Origin: Patescibacteria group bacterium
Lineage (GTDB): Bacteria > Patescibacteriota > CPR2 > UBA1875
Length of the DNA: 64,000 nt
Direction: 5' to 3'
Assembly: GCA_041737595.1 (NCBI GenBank)
Contig: JBGSRK010000005.1
Location: 32,001 to 96,000 of the forward strand
Made by a program: the position numbers and the translations under genes. The notes under the pieces are model-generated. The model did no database searches. It saw only the letters and a program-made list of their open reading frames with translations, and was not told the DNA's origin. Within the stretch, counting starts at the first letter, position 1. Each line of letters opens with the position of its first letter. Below, in pieces: positions 53,472-61,358 of the stretch.

Positions 53472-53500
53472 ATATTATCATATATTATATATTATGTCAA
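53472..53500 (-). promoter_or_regulatory. sigma70-like promoter of unit 4
   Basis: TTGACA-17-TAATAT. Confidence 0.65.
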
Positions 53501-53552
53501 TACCTTTATATGGTGTTTATATCTTCCTACTAGATTATTTAAACAATCTAAT

Positions 53553-53590
53553 TAAAACACGTCACTACTTCACTTTAGTGACGTGTTTTA
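53553..53590 (-). terminator. Inverted repeat after clpC (terminator or binding site)
   Basis: TAAAACACGTCACTA-8-TAGTGACGTGTTTTA. Confidence 0.6.
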
Positions 53591-53619
53591 TAATTTTAAG
53601 ATAGATAAATTTTAATGAG

Positions 53620-56121
53620 TTATTTCTTTACTAAAGTTTTTTTCTTCAAAGGAATAAGTTTTAAGCTATCCCCTTCTTTTATAACAGAAACGGTATCCCC
53701 ACTAATAAAATCACCTGAAAGAATTCCATTTGCAAGGGGGTCCTCAATTAAATTTTGGATGGTTCTTCGAAGAGGTCTTGCCCCGTTTTCAATATCATAC
53801 CCCTTTTCTATTAGGTACCCTTTTGCTTGCTCGGTTACTGAAAATTTTATTTTTTGTTCGGCGAGACGCTTTATTACTTTAGAAAGTTGTAAATTAACAA
53901 TTTTTTTAATCTCCGGCTTACCAAGCGGATGAAAAACAATTATTTTATCTAGACGATTTAAAAATTCTGGCTTAAATTGTTTTTTTATCCCTGTAATAAC
54001 TTTTTCTTCAATTTCTTTATAAAGTTTTTCTGCTTTTTTCTTCCCCTTTATTTCAGTAAAGCCAATTTCCTTTGTTTTATAAAAATCTGTTGCTCCGACA
54101 TTTGAAGTCATAATAATAACAGTATTTCTAAAATCTATTTTTAGACCTTTTGCGTCTGTTAAATAGCCATCCTCTAAAATTTGAAGAAGCATATTAAAAA
54201 CATCTGAGTGAGCTTTTTCAATCTCATCAAATAAAACGACAGAATATGGCTTTCTCCTTATTAATTCTGTAAGCTGTCCACCCTCTTCAAACCCAACATA
54301 ACCAGCAGGGGCACCGACAAGACGAGAAACATTATGTTTTTCCATAAATTCTGACATATCAATTTTTATTAAAGCATCATCTTCTCCAAACATTTGAGCA
54401 GCTAGGGCTTTTGCAAGTTCTGTTTTCCCAACACCGGTTGGCCCAAGAAATATAAATGAACCAATAGGTCGATGCTCATCAGAAATTCCAGTTCTAGCGC
54501 GTCTAACACTTGATGCAATTTCTTTTATAGCTTCTTCCTGCCCCACTACTCGCTTTGTTAAATTACCTTCGAGTGCGAGTAAATTTATTTGTTCTTTTTC
54601 GATTAAACGTGTAACTGGTATGCCTGTTATATTTGCGATTACTTCAGCAACAGATTCTTCATCAATCGCTAGCCCGTTATCTGTAACGCCTTCTTTTTCC
54701 CGCATTTTTTCTAGCTCTATTTCTAAAAGGTCTTCTTTTTGTTTAAATTCAGCAGCCTCGGCATATTTTTGTGCAAGAACGCAGTCTTCTTTCTTATTTC
54801 TAATTTCTTTAATATTTCGTTCAATATTCTTAATATCTTTATTAACCACACCCTCTTTCACTTTTAATAAAGAAGAGGCCTCATCAATAAGATCTATCGC
54901 TTTATCAGGTAAAAAACGATCTGCAATATATCTCTTTGAGAGCTTTGCAGCAGCATCTATTGCAGAATCTGTTATTTTAACTCTATGATATTGTTCATAT
55001 TTAGATCTTATACCTTTTAATACTTGGATTGTTTCTTCAACACTTGGTTCGGGGACAATGACAGGCTGAAAACGTCTTTCTAGGGCTGCATCTTTTTCAA
55101 TATATTTACGGTATTCATTCAAAGTAGTTGCACCAATAACTTGTATTTCCCCTCTTGATAATGAAGGTTTAAAAATATTAGCGGCATCTATTGCCCCCTC
55201 TGCTGCACCGGCTCCGACAATTGTATGCAGTTCATCAATAAATAGAATAATATCGTCGTTGACTTTCAGCTCATCAATTATTTTTTTAAGGCGTTCTTCA
55301 AATTCACCTCTATATTTTGTACCAGCAATAACTGATGCCAAATCTAGCATCATTATTCTTTTTGAAATTAGAAGTTCTGGGACTGATTCATTTGCAATTT
55401 TTTGAGCTAGACCCTCTATAATCGCAGTTTTGCCCACCCCAGGTTCGCCAATTAAAACTGGGTTATTTTTAGTTCGACGATTTAAAATTGAGATAACTCT
55501 TGCAATCTCTTTTTCCCTACCGATAACAGGGTCCAGGCGATCATCTTTTGCCATTTTTGTTACATCAGTAGCAAAGCCATCAATAACTGGTGTTTTTGAA
55601 TTTTTATCAATTTTATCTGATTTGCCCATACTAGAAAACATCATTTCTGGAGGTAAGTCATCTCCAAATGGTTCTTGATTTGGCAAACTAGTAAAAATTC
55701 CTTCTAATTCTTCACGAATAAAATTTAAATCTCCACGCATCCCTGTGATTATGCGAGAACCTTTTGAATTAGGTAATAAAATAATTCCATATAATAAATG
55801 TTCAGTCCCAACATAAGAAGAACTATTTTGACTTGCAACCCCAACTGCAAGTTCTAATGCTCGTTGGGCATCATCAGAAAGCCCACCAATTTTTACAACA
55901 CCGGTTAACCCTTGCATCCCGTCGCTCGCTGTTTTTGATCTTTCAAAATCAATTGACATTGAACTTAAAAGATCGGTGGCAACTGATTTTTTAACAAGTA
56001 AAATACCTAAAAGTAAGTGGTCGGAATCTACCATCGGTAGACCACTTGCTTTTGATAACTCTTGTGCATTTACTAACGCGAGCTTTGCGTTTTCAGAGAA
56101 TCGGTCGAATTGATTGATCAT
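53620..56121 (-). CDS. clpC: ATP-dependent Clp protease ATPase ClpC
   Basis: Clp-N repeats, [11 protein letters not shown] domain, GPTGVGKT; upstream of radA. Confidence 0.95.
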   Translation of the reverse strand: MINQFDRFSENAKLALVNAQELSKASGLPMVDSDHLLLGILLVKKSVATDLLSSMSIDFERSKTASDGMQGLTGVVKIGGLSDDAQRALELAVGVASQNSSSYVGTEHLLYGIILLPNSKGSRIITGMRGDLNFIREELEGIFTSLPNQEPFGDDLPPEMMFSSMGKSDKIDKNSKTPVIDGFATDVTKMAKDDRLDPVIGREKEIARVISILNRRTKNNPVLIGEPGVGKTAIIEGLAQKIANESVPELLISKRIMMLDLASVIAGTKYRGEFEERLKKIIDELKVNDDIILFIDELHTIVGAGAAEGAIDAANIFKPSLSRGEIQVIGATTLNEYRKYIEKDAALERRFQPVIVPEPSVEETIQVLKGIRSKYEQYHRVKITDSAIDAAAKLSKRYIADRFLPDKAIDLIDEASSLLKVKEGVVNKDIKNIERNIKEIRNKKEDCVLAQKYAEAAEFKQKEDLLEIELEKMREKEGVTDNGLAIDEESVAEVIANITGIPVTRLIEKEQINLLALEGNLTKRVVGQEEAIKEIASSVRRARTGISDEHRPIGSFIFLGPTGVGKTELAKALAAQMFGEDDALIKIDMSEFMEKHNVSRLVGAPAGYVGFEEGGQLTELIRRKPYSVVLFDEIEKAHSDVFNMLLQILEDGYLTDAKGLKIDFRNTVIIMTSNVGATDFYKTKEIGFTEIKGKKKAEKLYKEIEEKVITGIKKQFKPEFLNRLDKIIVFHPLGKPEIKKIVNLQLSKVIKRLAEQKIKFSVTEQAKGYLIEKGYDIENGARPLRRTIQNLIEDPLANGILSGDFISGDTVSVIKEGDSLKLIPLKKKTLVKK

Positions 56122-56141
56122 CTATTCCTCCGATTGATATT

Positions 56142-57527
56142 TTATACTGTTTCTTCTTTTTTTTCTTCAGCGTTTTCTACAGAAGGGGTTTCTTCCTTTT
56201 GTTCAGCTTCTACAATTACTTCTTTATCTTTTGCACTATCTACAATTTCTGATTCATTCACAGCAGACTCCGCTGATATTTCCATGTTTTCAGTATTTTT
56301 ATCAGCTTCATCCATTATTTTATCTGCGAGATCATCTTGAGCTGTAATTTCTTTTTCAGTTTCTGGTTTAGCTTCAGCCTCTTCTTGTTTTTCTTTATTT
56401 TGTTCTTCTACTGCTTGGATAATTGCAGCTTCTAAATCTTTTTTATCATTTTTCTTTGGTTTCGAAACAGCTGCCTTTTCAACCCCCTCAACCCCAGCTG
56501 TATCAGCTCCTTCGATATCAACATTCCAGCCAGTTAATTTAGCTGCAAGTCGAACATTCTGGCCTGACTTACCAATTGCAAGTGAAAGCTGATCTTCTGG
56601 GACCTTAACGGTTGCTTTCTGTTCTTCTTCATTAAGAGTAATTTCTAGTATTTTAGCGGGTGAAAGTGCATTTTCAATAAATATTTTTGGGTCTTCATCC
56701 CAAAGTATAATATCTATTTTTTCTCCTCCAATTTCGTTCATTACACCTTGTACACGAATTCCACGTTGTCCAACACAAGAACCAACGGGGTCAACCCCAT
56801 CTTCATTTGAAAAAACTGCAATTTTTGTTCTTGCGCCAGCTTCTCTGGCGATTGATTTAACTTCAACAATTCCTGATGGAATTTCTGGAACTTCTGTTTC
56901 AAATAATCTTTTAACCATTCCTGGGTGTGAACGCGAAAGAACAATTTGTGGTCCCTTAGCTGATTGTTCTACTCGAACAACAAAAACACGGAATCTTTGA
57001 TTTGGGTAATATCTTTCACCTGGAATTTGTTCATTTCTGAAAAGAACACCATTAGATTTTCCAAGATCACAAATTATTGTGTCACCTTCAACTCTTTGGA
57101 CTGTACAATTTAAAACTTCACCTTCTTTATCTTTGTATTCAGTAAAAACAATATCTCTTTCTGCTTCACGGATTCTTTGGATTATAACTTGTTTTGCTGT
57201 TTGTGCAGCAATACGTCCGAAATCAGCTGGAAGATCCATAATTTCAATCATTTCTCCAACTTTTATATCTTTTTTAATTCTAGTAGCAGCTTCCATAGAA
57301 ATTTCCATATTTGGATTTTCGACTGTTTCAACTACTTCTTTAGAAACATATACCTCAATAGCCCCACTTTCTTCATTTAAAGTTACGCGGACTTCTTGAT
57401 CTTTTTCTCCATAATCTTTTTTGTAAGCAGCAACAAGGGCTGCCTCTACGGCTTCCATCACTATTTCTTTAGGGATGTTTTTTTCTTCACATATTTGTGT
57501 GATCGCTTGTGCGAATTGTGTTTGCAT
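56142..57527 (-). CDS. nusA: Transcription factor NusA with acidic tail
   Basis: FGRIAAQTAKQ, S1/KH domains, LSLAIGKSGQNVRLA. Confidence 0.97.
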   Translation of the reverse strand: MQTQFAQAITQICEEKNIPKEIVMEAVEAALVAAYKKDYGEKDQEVRVTLNEESGAIEVYVSKEVVETVENPNMEISMEAATRIKKDIKVGEMIEIMDLPADFGRIAAQTAKQVIIQRIREAERDIVFTEYKDKEGEVLNCTVQRVEGDTIICDLGKSNGVLFRNEQIPGERYYPNQRFRVFVVRVEQSAKGPQIVLSRSHPGMVKRLFETEVPEIPSGIVEVKSIAREAGARTKIAVFSNEDGVDPVGSCVGQRGIRVQGVMNEIGGEKIDIILWDEDPKIFIENALSPAKILEITLNEEEQKATVKVPEDQLSLAIGKSGQNVRLAAKLTGWNVDIEGADTAGVEGVEKAAVSKPKKNDKKDLEAAIIQAVEEQNKEKQEEAEAKPETEKEITAQDDLADKIMDEADKNTENMEISAESAVNESEIVDSAKDKEVIVEAEQKEETPSVENAEEKKEETV

Positions 57528-57608
57528 AATACTCCTCTTATTAAATTGTTATTCAATTGTATTTTTGATAAAAAAATGCCCAAACAGAATTGTTTCGACA
57601 GTAGATAA

Positions 57609-57637
57609 ATTATACATTATTAAATTATTTAAGTCAA
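57609..57637 (-). promoter_or_regulatory. nusA promoter
   Basis: TTGACT-17-TATAAT. Confidence 0.72.
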
Positions 57638-57700
57638 ATAATTTGAATTAAAATTCAAAAATCTATTGTATTTAAGTTCCAAAAATATTAACATTAATAT

Positions 57701-57901
57701 ATGAAAGAAAAGCATGGTTTCGAAAAAGTTGGTTATGTACCAGAAAAAAAATCAGAACCAATTAATGTTCGTGATATTGGAAATAAATTAACAACATTTT
57801 TACTTATAATATTTTTTATTGTTGCCGCAGTTGTATTATTTATCTACCCTGGTTATTTCATTAAGCTATTTTCTGAGTTAGGATATCAATTTATGAATTA
57901 G
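57701..57901 (+). CDS. Small single-TM hypothetical protein
   Basis: 66-aa ORF filling the gap, one TM. Confidence 0.55.
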   Translation: MKEKHGFEKVGYVPEKKSEPINVRDIGNKLTTFLLIIFFIVAAVVLFIYPGYFIKLFSELGYQFMN

Positions 57902-58244
57902 TAACGTTTTTAATTATTTCTATCTTATCTTTAATTATCGAAACAACATCGACCCGAAAGGGTCCTTTTTCTTTATTTTCTATTCTATAATTTTCTGCGG
58001 TATTAATTATTTTTTTTAATTTGTTCTTTGTCACCATTTCTTTGGGCATCCCAAATCTAATTGAGTTTTTCTTTTTTACCTCAACAAAAACAAGAGTTTT
58101 ATTATCTTTTGCAATAATATCAATTTCTCCGTATCTTGTTCTAAAATTTCTTTCGATAATTTTATATCCAAGTTTAATTAGCTCAGTTGTAGCTTGATCT
58201 TCGCCGCTATCACCTATCTGCTTAGTTGACTTTAAGTATTCCAT
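57891..58244 (-). CDS. YraN family (UPF0102) protein
   Basis: GE..A, GEIDII, LVFVEVK; rnhB neighbour. Confidence 0.92.
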   Translation of the reverse strand: MEYLKSTKQIGDSGEDQATTELIKLGYKIIERNFRTRYGEIDIIAKDNKTLVFVEVKKKNSIRFGMPKEMVTKNKLKKIINTAENYRIENKEKGPFRVDVVSIIKDKIEIIKNVTNS

Positions 58245-58307
58245 CCACTAAATTATATAATTTTTATGTTTATAATCATACCTTTTCAAAATAGATCAAA
58301 AAGTAAT

Positions 58308-58333
58308 ACTCTCATACATCGATGTATGAGAGT
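58308..58333. repeat. 26-bp perfect palindrome
   Basis: ACTCTCATACATCGATGTATGAGAGT. Confidence 0.85.
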
Positions 58334-58348
58334 GCTTATTATTAAAGT

Positions 58349-58948
58349 TTATTTATTTTTTAAAAATGTTTTACGATGTTCGGGGGTGTGGCCAGATGAA
58401 TTTAGGGCTTCATAATGTTTTTTAGTACCGTACCCCTTATGTGATGAAAAACCATAATCTTCATATACATTATCTAGACCAGAAACAATTCTATCTCTAA
58501 AAACTTTTGCAATAATAGATGCTGCTGCGATTGAATATACCTTTTCATCGCCTTTTATTATTGATTTTTGAGTAGTTAGAACATCTTCTAATTTAACCGC
58601 ATCTATAAGTATCAGGTCCATTTTTATATTTATGGATTCTATCGCTATTTTCATTGCTTTTTTAGTAGCTGGAACAATCCCAATTTCATCAATTTCTGTT
58701 GCTGGAACTAACCCTATTCCAAAATCATCACATTCGTCTAATATAAAATCGAAAAGCTCTTCTCTTGCTTTTTCGGTAAGTTTTTTTGAATCACGTATTT
58801 TTTCGTTCAATTTATGATTTTTAGGGAAAGAAACCGCACCTGCCACCACAGGACCGGCGATACAACCACGACCTACTTCATCAACCCCACACGAAGTAAG
58901 ATTCTTTAACCATGCTTCTTTTTCAAATTCAAAATGTGGGGTTATCAT
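58349..58948 (-). CDS. rnhB: Ribonuclease HII
   Basis: GVDEVGRG..AGPV, DSKKL, SIAAASIIAKV. Confidence 0.97.
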   Translation of the reverse strand: MITPHFEFEKEAWLKNLTSCGVDEVGRGCIAGPVVAGAVSFPKNHKLNEKIRDSKKLTEKAREELFDFILDECDDFGIGLVPATEIDEIGIVPATKKAMKIAIESINIKMDLILIDAVKLEDVLTTQKSIIKGDEKVYSIAAASIIAKVFRDRIVSGLDNVYEDYGFSSHKGYGTKKHYEALNSSGHTPEHRKTFLKNK

Positions 58949-58964
58949 ATAACCAGTATAGACT

Positions 58965-58989
58965 AAAAAAGACCCTTCTGGGTCTTTTT
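58965..58989 (-). terminator. Intrinsic terminator after rplS
   Basis: AAAAAAGACCC-TTCT-GGGTCTTTTT. Confidence 0.75.
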
Positions 58990-59671
58990 ATTTTTCAGTT
59001 GGAGTTTCTTCTACTACTTTTTCCGCGTTTTTACCAATTGAATCTTTCTCTTTTGGTTGTTCTTCTTCGGCTTTTTCAACCCCTGCATTTGTTTCTTTCA
59101 CTTCATCTACTTGGTGATCAATATCTTCGGAATCTTCATCTTTTTTATCTTCAGATTCAGCTTCTTTTATTTCGGCTTTTTCAACCTCTTCTAGTGGGAC
59201 TTCTTCTGATTCAGCTTCTGCAACCTGTTGTTCTGATAGTTCTGTAATTTCTGCATCCGTTGGTTCTTCTTTTACTTCTGATGTTTTTTCTGGTTCTTCT
59301 TCAGATACATTAACTGCAAGCGCGTCAAACCCCTTTTCTCGTAAACGTGCTGATTTACCTTGAAGTTTTCTAAGATATGTAAGATAAGCTTGTCTGACTT
59401 TTGCACGTTTTTTTATTTCAATTTTTGCTATGTTTGGTGAATATAATGGATAACTTTTTTCGATACCAACTCCGAAAGATATTTTTCTTACTAAAAATGT
59501 TTTCTTTAAACCACTACCACTTACTTTAAGCACAACTCCTTCAAAAATCTGAATACGTTCTTTATTCCCCTCTTTGATTTTTTGATGTACACGAACAGTA
59601 TCGCCAGACTTTAATGCTGGGATTTTTTTCAGGTATTTTTCTTCAACTTTTTGGACAAGTGTAGTATTCAT
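58988..59671 (-). CDS. rplS: 50S ribosomal protein bL19 with long acidic extension
   Basis: [30 protein letters not shown]. Confidence 0.96.
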   Translation of the reverse strand: MNTTLVQKVEEKYLKKIPALKSGDTVRVHQKIKEGNKERIQIFEGVVLKVSGSGLKKTFLVRKISFGVGIEKSYPLYSPNIAKIEIKKRAKVRQAYLTYLRKLQGKSARLREKGFDALAVNVSEEEPEKTSEVKEEPTDAEITELSEQQVAEAESEEVPLEEVEKAEIKEAESEDKKDEDSEDIDHQVDEVKETNAGVEKAEEEQPKEKDSIGKNAEKVVEETPTEK

Positions 59672-59692
59672 AAGATTATTCTTTGCCGTAAG

Positions 59693-59721
59693 ATAATATC
59701 AAAAATTAGAGTAAGAGTCAA
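59693..59721 (-). promoter_or_regulatory. rplS promoter
   Basis: TTGACT-17-TATTAT. Confidence 0.68.
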
Positions 59722-59746
59722 TAAAAATGTCTTTTTACATAGAGTG

Positions 59747-59771
59747 CGAGCCGCCCCGAAGGGGCGGCTCG
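59747..59771 (-). terminator. GC-rich 3' hairpin of unit 5
   Basis: CGAGCCGCCCC-3-GGGGCGGCTCG; no immediate U-tract. Confidence 0.55.
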
Positions 59772-59960
59772 TTTCCGACAAAGAGTCGGTCTGGTGTCAT
59801 CGTTACCCTACCCTGAGGGATTAGAATCCCAAGGGCAACGTACCAGACGAAAAGGTCCTCAGGGCTTTCGGGGACTTGCATTTTCGTCCAATTTCCGGCT
59901 TACGCCAGAATGACAATTGCGCGAATGCGCTAGCCCATTTTGAGTGGGCAGAAGTAGTTC
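59772..59960 (-). ncRNA. Unassigned highly structured RNA (3' region of unit 5)
   Basis: Six consecutive stem-loops, one with a GTAA tetraloop; no ORF. Confidence 0.65.
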
Positions 59961-59963
59961 ACG

Positions 59964-60107
59964 TTAGGTAGTCTCTGACACTTTCTGCTTTGCTCTCTTG
60001 TTGGGGTTTGAAAACCTTCCCTCAAGAATAGCAATAACGAACAGAGCGAGACCAATGAAGCCAATGATAGCAGCTACAATATAAGCTGCAATTCCCAAGG
60101 GGATCAT
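59964..60107 (-). CDS. Small TM peptide, 47 aa (unit 5; not in ORF track)
   Basis: MIPLGIAAYIVAAIIGFIGLALFVIAILEGRFSNPNKRAKQKVSETT*, 6 nt after the upstream stop. Confidence 0.65.
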   Translation of the reverse strand: MIPLGIAAYIVAAIIGFIGLALFVIAILEGRFSNPNKRAKQKVSETT

Positions 60108-60113
60108 CTTTCG

Positions 60114-60521
60114 TCACAGATCCAGTGACTTGCGTCGATACTCGTCCGGCTCGTTGTAGCCGAGAAATGAATCCGACTCAACGGGCTCACATTCGAACCT
60201 TGGATGATTCGGACAAGTATCGTTGTGACAGTAGGGAGTCTTGAAACCCTTGACAGCCCCAGGAGCGATTCTCCCAAGACTAGTTTGGACACGAATGACT
60301 TTGTTCGCAAGACAAGGGACAAGTGCTCCATGCTCGCAAACGGTGCCATTCTTACCTGCGATTGCGATTGCCATGCAAGCATCGAGAACAACGTCTGGAT
60401 CGTTTCTGTAATCCTCATTCTCGAATTTGAGGAGTGAAAGACCCATTTCTGAAGCAGCTGAAATGGCGTGATTATCCCCAGCCTTTGCTGCTTCAAGTAG
60501 TTCGTGTAATTCTTTGTGCAT
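60114..60521 (-). CDS. Cys/His-rich hypothetical protein (unit 5)
   Basis: Start MHKEL at 60521 after AGGAGG; CEH..C and C.N.TC..H...C. Confidence 0.7.
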   Translation of the reverse strand: MHKELHELLEAAKAGDNHAISAASEMGLSLLKFENEDYRNDPDVVLDACMAIAIAGKNGTVCEHGALVPCLANKVIRVQTSLGRIAPGAVKGFKTPYCHNDTCPNHPRFECEPVESDSFLGYNEPDEYRRKSLDL

Positions 60522-60538
60522 GATTCCTCCTGGTGTGA

Positions 60539-60886
60539 TTAGGCCGTCGCGAATGATGCGTCGGCCTGGGCTGCAACTTGGGGGATAGGCACGATATTGA
60601 TGATGGCCGTGCCACAATTCTGGCACATACCTTCTTCGTAGGCAAGCCGGGTGGCTTCCTGGTGGCACCGATGTGATTCTGTCTTGACAGAACTCGCACA
60701 TTCGGGGCAACCACCTTCATAGTAGAAGGTACGCTTCATCTTGCGTGAAACACGACATTTCGAACGAACGACGCCAAGCTTGAAGCTCGCGTCGTTGAGC
60801 GAAAGTGCCATTTCGGTCAGAGTTGGCCCTTGGATTGGCTCAGTCTGATCGCCACGCAAACGATTCCGGGGAATCTTGTCGGACAT
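60539..60886 (-). CDS. Zn-finger-like hypothetical protein (unit 5)
   Basis: GGGAGG SD; CPEC, HRCH, CQNC. Confidence 0.68.
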   Translation of the reverse strand: MSDKIPRNRLRGDQTEPIQGPTLTEMALSLNDASFKLGVVRSKCRVSRKMKRTFYYEGGCPECASSVKTESHRCHQEATRLAYEEGMCQNCGTAIINIVPIPQVAAQADASFATA

Positions 60887-60999
60887 AACGCTTCCTCCCT
60901 CTAGTCTCTGGTTTTCCTTCCTAGGAACCCAGAGAAACTAGGGACCTGCTGGAATTACCATTGCATCACTCCTCTCACACTCCGTGAGCCTTTTCGGCT

Positions 61000-61221
61000 C
61001 TACATTTTATACCACTCACCAACCCCGATAAGGTTGACAAGGGTATGCCACTGAACCTCCCACCAATCACCTAGTGACTTTCGTGCACTCGGGGTAGTCG
61101 TTAGGTATTGAATATACCCAGCAGCAATCAAGATGAATGAACAGGCGATTATAGTAATCGCTATGTTGAGTCCCTCCTTGGGGAAAGAAATCCCCAAGAG
61201 AATAATATCATTAGTAATCAT
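61000..61221 (-). CDS. Small TM protein (unit 5)
   Basis: GGAGGAG SD; one TM. Confidence 0.68.
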   Translation of the reverse strand: MITNDIILLGISFPKEGLNIAITIIACSFILIAAGYIQYLTTTPSARKSLGDWWEVQWHTLVNLIGVGEWYKM

Positions 61222-61299
61222 GGCTCCTCCATTGACGTGAACTAATTGACAAGTTACTAGAAGTACCCCTATCTAGGAATACGAATTCTCGAAGACCAA

Positions 61300-61328
61300 A
61301 TCATATCATATTTGAGCTTAAAAGTCAA
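61300..61328 (-). promoter_or_regulatory. sigma70-like promoter of unit 5
   Basis: TTGACT-17-TATGAT. Confidence 0.72.
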
Positions 61329-61358
61329 TTATCGCTATATTTTTTATGTATTAAAAGT

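Noticed and set aside
59850-59875. Hammerhead-like words CGAAA and CTGAGGA in the unit 5 RNA
   Set aside because: GAAA precedes CUGAGGA by only 3 nt, leaving no room for the required stems
60522-60710. Longer N-terminus for ORF 60114-60710
   Set aside because: Overlaps ORF 60539-60886; a strong AGGAGG precedes the ATG at 60521
23822-61328. GC-rich units as integron cassettes, IS elements or prophage
   Set aside because: No integrase, transposase or structural genes, and no attC R/L boxes, shared terminal repeats or target duplications seen; the units carry their own promoters
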